A stretch of DNA of 64,000 nucleotides from Tortispora ganteri (Eukaryota): the NCBI GenBank assembly GCA_003707115.1, contig PPNB01000016.1, positions 62,001 through 126,000 on the forward strand, given 5' to 3'. The notes under the pieces are model-generated. The model saw only the letters and a list, made by a program, of their open reading frames with translations, had not been told where the DNA came from and made no database searches. This document shows positions 60,696-64,000 of this stretch, one piece after another. The position numbers and the translations under genes are program-made. Every line of letters starts with the position of its first letter. The stretch's first letter is position 1.

Positions 60696-63600
60696 TCAGA
60701 CATTCTTCTTGTATTTCAAGGTTGGTTTGTCGTGGATGGCAATATCTTTGGGCTTGTAATCTGAGAATAGGTTCTTCAATACCAATTCAATACCGTAGCA
60801 CAGCACGAAATCGCCCACAATAGCCGATGTCAAGAGAAACTGAAACGCAGGCGTCATTCTAACTAGTTCAAGTTGCTCGTTTAATTCTAAGCTAAACTCC
60901 GTTGCCCCTGCAAGCGCTAATCCAGCTACTGCAAGTAGACCGTAGAACATTGCCTTGTTTTCACGAAGGCTTTCTCGGAATGGACGACCTTGGTAATTCA
61001 CAGCAAATGTAGAAACATTTTGCGACAACTGAAGCAAATATATCGCTGTATTCAAAAGATTGGGTGAAAAATCACCTTCAAGGTCGACATTGCTGTCCCG
61101 AGGCTCGAGCTTGTATACTTCATTCGATATGAAAATCAAACTGGCAATATGAATAGCAAACTGTCCCAGAACCGAACCAATAATATACTTATTAAAAATA
61201 TTTGGTTGAGGTCTCTCTTCGGAGAGTTTCTCAACGGTCTTAGCCCTAGAGACCGATAAGAAACAAACTGACAAAAGAATGCCAGAGATAGTAGCTTGGC
61301 TGTCGCTGATCTTAATTCCAGCCAGGTACAAGACACTCAAAGAGTAAGCAGAAATCAAGCAGTTCAAAGCCAAAATCTTATACATTTGAATAGTAGCGAC
61401 CAAAGTACTTCTTCCTTGACGAATTATGTGTGTGACCGCTTTGACATTGGCCAGTTTCGAAGTGAAGGGCGCGGCAACAGATGCATCTCCAAGTTTCAAT
61501 GAAGGAGGTTCCCCATCATCCTCTAAAGAGGACATTATCTTGTCTGCGAATGAAGAAGCATTCTCAATGGCGGCTTCCTGCTGATTATTAGTAGCGCCCT
61601 GTACTTTGCTAGCCTCTTCAATTTTTCGGATATCTTCATTCGAAAGTACTACACCTCTTTCTTCAACAGCTTTGCGATAATGAGGGTTTGAGGGACCAGG
61701 AGGATATAAATGAGCAATTAGCTTAGGCACGGATGGAACCGCTTTAGCATTCCATCTCTTCATCATTTGAACTTGCTTGTCATACATTTCCATCATCTTC
61801 TGATTCCTTGCATTCTCATTGATTTTCTTCAAGGAATCTTCAGTGCCATTCAACAAAGCTACACCAACGTGCGCCTGTTTCAGAGCACCAACATCATTTG
61901 TACCATCTCCACACATGAGAGTATAGTAACCGAGTTCTTTAATAGTGTTCAAGATAATTTCTTTCTGGTTAGGGGAGACACGAGCGTATACCCAGGTATG
62001 TCGAACAAGTTTTTTCAAGTGTTCCTTTCCGATAAACTTCGACAGCGCATATCCGGTAAGGCATATGTCGTATTGGTCAAAAATATCAGATTTAATATCC
62101 TCAGAAGGATCAATAGGGATTACCGTCTTCTCGTCAACAGACTTGAATATCAGCTCTGACTTATGACTTTCATCTTCCTCTGGTGCGTCAAGAATAAGAA
62201 CTTCTCTAGTCACAATCTCAACCTCTCGCGCGACATGTACTGCAGTTAATGGGTTGTCACCGGTAATCATTACCGCACGGTGGGATGACTCATTCAACAT
62301 CCTGATGGTTTCTATAGCGTCTGGTTTTAAAGGACAGCTAAAGATCAAAAATCCAGCAAATATGAGTTTGCTTTCCACCTCTTCACGATTTATATGGTTA
62401 ATATCATGTGTGGTTAAGTTTGAAGGTAGGTATTTGTAAGCAAGTGCAAGAACACGGCTTCCTGAGCGAGTGTAGCTCTTATATACATCCTCGTAAAAAT
62501 GAGGAACATCGACTAGCATTTTCTGAATAGTTTCTGGGGCTCCCTTGACGCTAGCCAGTTTCTTGTCTTCGACAACCGAAATGGTACTCGAGCGTTTAAG
62601 TGCAGATGAAAACTGAAACCTGCGTTTGATTTTAATCTTGCGCGAAGAGCCCGATTTTTTCGAAGAAGATAAGGCGGTATCAGGGACGACAGTATCACTG
62701 TGTTCAAGTTTCCATTTAAGAGATTTCAAAGTATTTTTCTCCATTGGGTCACCGACAATTTCTCCATCGTCTAAACGTACCAAAGCGTGAGCAGATGCAA
62801 GTACATTCAAAGTGGCTAGAGGAACCTCAGCAGCGTCAACCAATTTTGAAGGATCATTATGGTTCGTACCAGCAACACCTTCAACTACCAAGTCTTCAGA
62901 AGTCAAAGTACCTGTTTTATCAAAGCAACAAACGTCGAGTCTACCAGCAAAAGGAATTCTAAAAGGCTCCGTGCAGAAAATAGCAAATTTACTCAATGCA
63001 GCCAATGAGCTGTTCACAGCAAGTGTAAGTTCCATCGGCAATTCAGGAGGAACAACAGATGTTATGATAATAACACAGTATAATAGAAGTTTAGAGCGCT
63101 TTCGGTCATTACGAACACCTTCATTCCAAACATACCAACTGGCTGCAATCGCAAATATAAGCAGAAATAAAATAAACAATAGAGCTTCAGTATTGTTGGC
63201 TGATACTCGCTCAGTAGAGAATATCATCGTCCTTATAAGAGAACCTTGACTAGTTTCAAAGCCTGTTTTGGTGACAATGGCGACAGCGCCAGAATCAGGG
63301 GGGTTAGGCACCGCGCAATTGTCGTCGTCTTTAGGTTGTTGTGTCACTTGCAAGACCTTTGTGCCACTATATAGCACCGAATTTTTATCGAGACCTTCTA
63401 TGTCAATAGAAGCATCAGTAGGGCGAAGTGCGATAGACTCCTTCAGCAGGGGAGTCGACTCACCTGAAAGCATGGCTTCATTCACAATAGCGGATCCATG
63501 AAGAATGATCATATCGCAGGGGACAGCGGAGTCGTCCTTTGTGCGAGTGACTGATATGATGTCATTAGGAAGAATTTCATCTGAGTGTATTAGAGTCCAT

Positions 63601-64000
63601 GCACCTTTACGATAAACATAAACTTCAAAGGGTTGTATATTCATTGATCGAAACTCCATGGTGGTTCGCTGTCTTTGCCAAACAACGGTGGATTCAAACG
63701 CCACGAGCATAAAGAGAGTGAACACAGAGAATTTCCATTGTTCGTCTAGACACCAGAGACCAACGCAGAATATCTGAAACACAAAAAAGGGAGCCACTGC
63801 GTGTTCACGGAATAGTTCTGAGAATGTGGGTACAGGGACGTCAAAAGTGTTCTTGCCGTAAAGCCTGACTGCAAGTTCAGTGTCGTCCAAGCCTTTTGCA
63901 GTGAGTAGATCTCCTATTTTAGGAGCATAATCTATAGGGTAAACAGGAGGAGCAAAACTCTTTGTGTCCGGGTTGTAAACAAAACGACGACTCTGAAAAA
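60696..64000 (-). CDS. SPF1: P5A-type ATPase Spf1; 5' end lies beyond the window
   Basis: SVVPPELPMEL, CFDKTGTLT, LSGESTP, MITGDNPLTA, MCGDGTNDVGALK and NYQGRPFRESL. The frame stays open to the window edge (FQSRRFVY). Confidence 0.96.
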   Translation of the reverse strand, partial: FQSRRFVYNPDTKSFAPPVYPIDYAPKIGDLLTAKGLDDTELAVRLYGKNTFDVPVPTFSELFREHAVAPFFVFQIFCVGLWCLDEQWKFSVFTLFMLVAFESTVVWQRQRTTMEFRSMNIQPFEVYVYRKGAWTLIHSDEILPNDIISVTRTKDDSAVPCDMIILHGSAIVNEAMLSGESTPLLKESIALRPTDASIDIEGLDKNSVLYSGTKVLQVTQQPKDDDNCAVPNPPDSGAVAIVTKTGFETSQGSLIRTMIFSTERVSANNTEALLFILFLLIFAIAASWYVWNEGVRNDRKRSKLLLYCVIIITSVVPPELPMELTLAVNSSLAALSKFAIFCTEPFRIPFAGRLDVCCFDKTGTLTSEDLVVEGVAGTNHNDPSKLVDAAEVPLATLNVLASAHALVRLDDGEIVGDPMEKNTLKSLKWKLEHSDTVVPDTALSSSKKSGSSRKIKIKRRFQFSSALKRSSTISVVEDKKLASVKGAPETIQKMLVDVPHFYEDVYKSYTRSGSRVLALAYKYLPSNLTTHDINHINREEVESKLIFAGFLIFSCPLKPDAIETIRMLNESSHRAVMITGDNPLTAVHVAREVEIVTREVLILDAPEEDESHKSELIFKSVDEKTVIPIDPSEDIKSDIFDQYDICLTGYALSKFIGKEHLKKLVRHTWVYARVSPNQKEIILNTIKELGYYTLMCGDGTNDVGALKQAHVGVALLNGTEDSLKKINENARNQKMMEMYDKQVQMMKRWNAKAVPSVPKLIAHLYPPGPSNPHYRKAVEERGVVLSNEDIRKIEEASKVQGATNNQQEAAIENASSFADKIMSSLEDDGEPPSLKLGDASVAAPFTSKLANVKAVTHIIRQGRSTLVATIQMYKILALNCLISAYSLSVLYLAGIKISDSQATISGILLSVCFLSVSRAKTVEKLSEERPQPNIFNKYIIGSVLGQFAIHIASLIFISNEVYKLEPRDSNVDLEGDFSPNLLNTAIYLLQLSQNVSTFAVNYQGRPFRESLRENKAMFYGLLAVAGLALAGATEFSLELNEQLELVRMTPAFQFLLTSAIVGDFVLCYGIELVLKNLFSDYKPKDIAIHDKPTLKYKKNV

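Overview
Eukaryotic DNA from a very compact budding-yeast genome, with about 33 protein-coding genes in 64 kb and no recognisable tRNA, rRNA, transposon or CRISPR. It is probably an early-diverging Saccharomycotina lineage: it keeps a complex I subunit and GSKIP, reads CTG as Leu, and has few, short GTAAGT introns. Most genes are housekeeping (FMP42, OSH6/7, SQT1, HMG1, TRM7, RCL1, SLM1-like, NDUFA13, TRM10, PRI1, SLD2, SMC4, a G-alpha, CSR1-like, YHC1, AIR-like, UPF2, URA4, EMG1, ATRIP-like, RPL37, TOS4, CDS1, SPF1). Manual reading adds five introns and a partial gene that the ORF track missed. The most notable signals are: (1) TRM7 and a BTB gene lie head-to-head with start codons 1 bp apart, and the BTB gene also overlaps its downstream neighbour's stop codon; (2) a glycosyltransferase locus of one GT34 and two GT90/CAP10-type genes, with a third GT90 at the window edge; (3) a 1.8-kb gene-free interval with strand-polarised ATTGGTC and telomere-like motifs; (4) two tandem orphan secreted proteins; (5) a Sec14-family protein with a presequence-like N-terminus and a FFAT-like motif. 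All family assignments come from motif recognition, not database searches.
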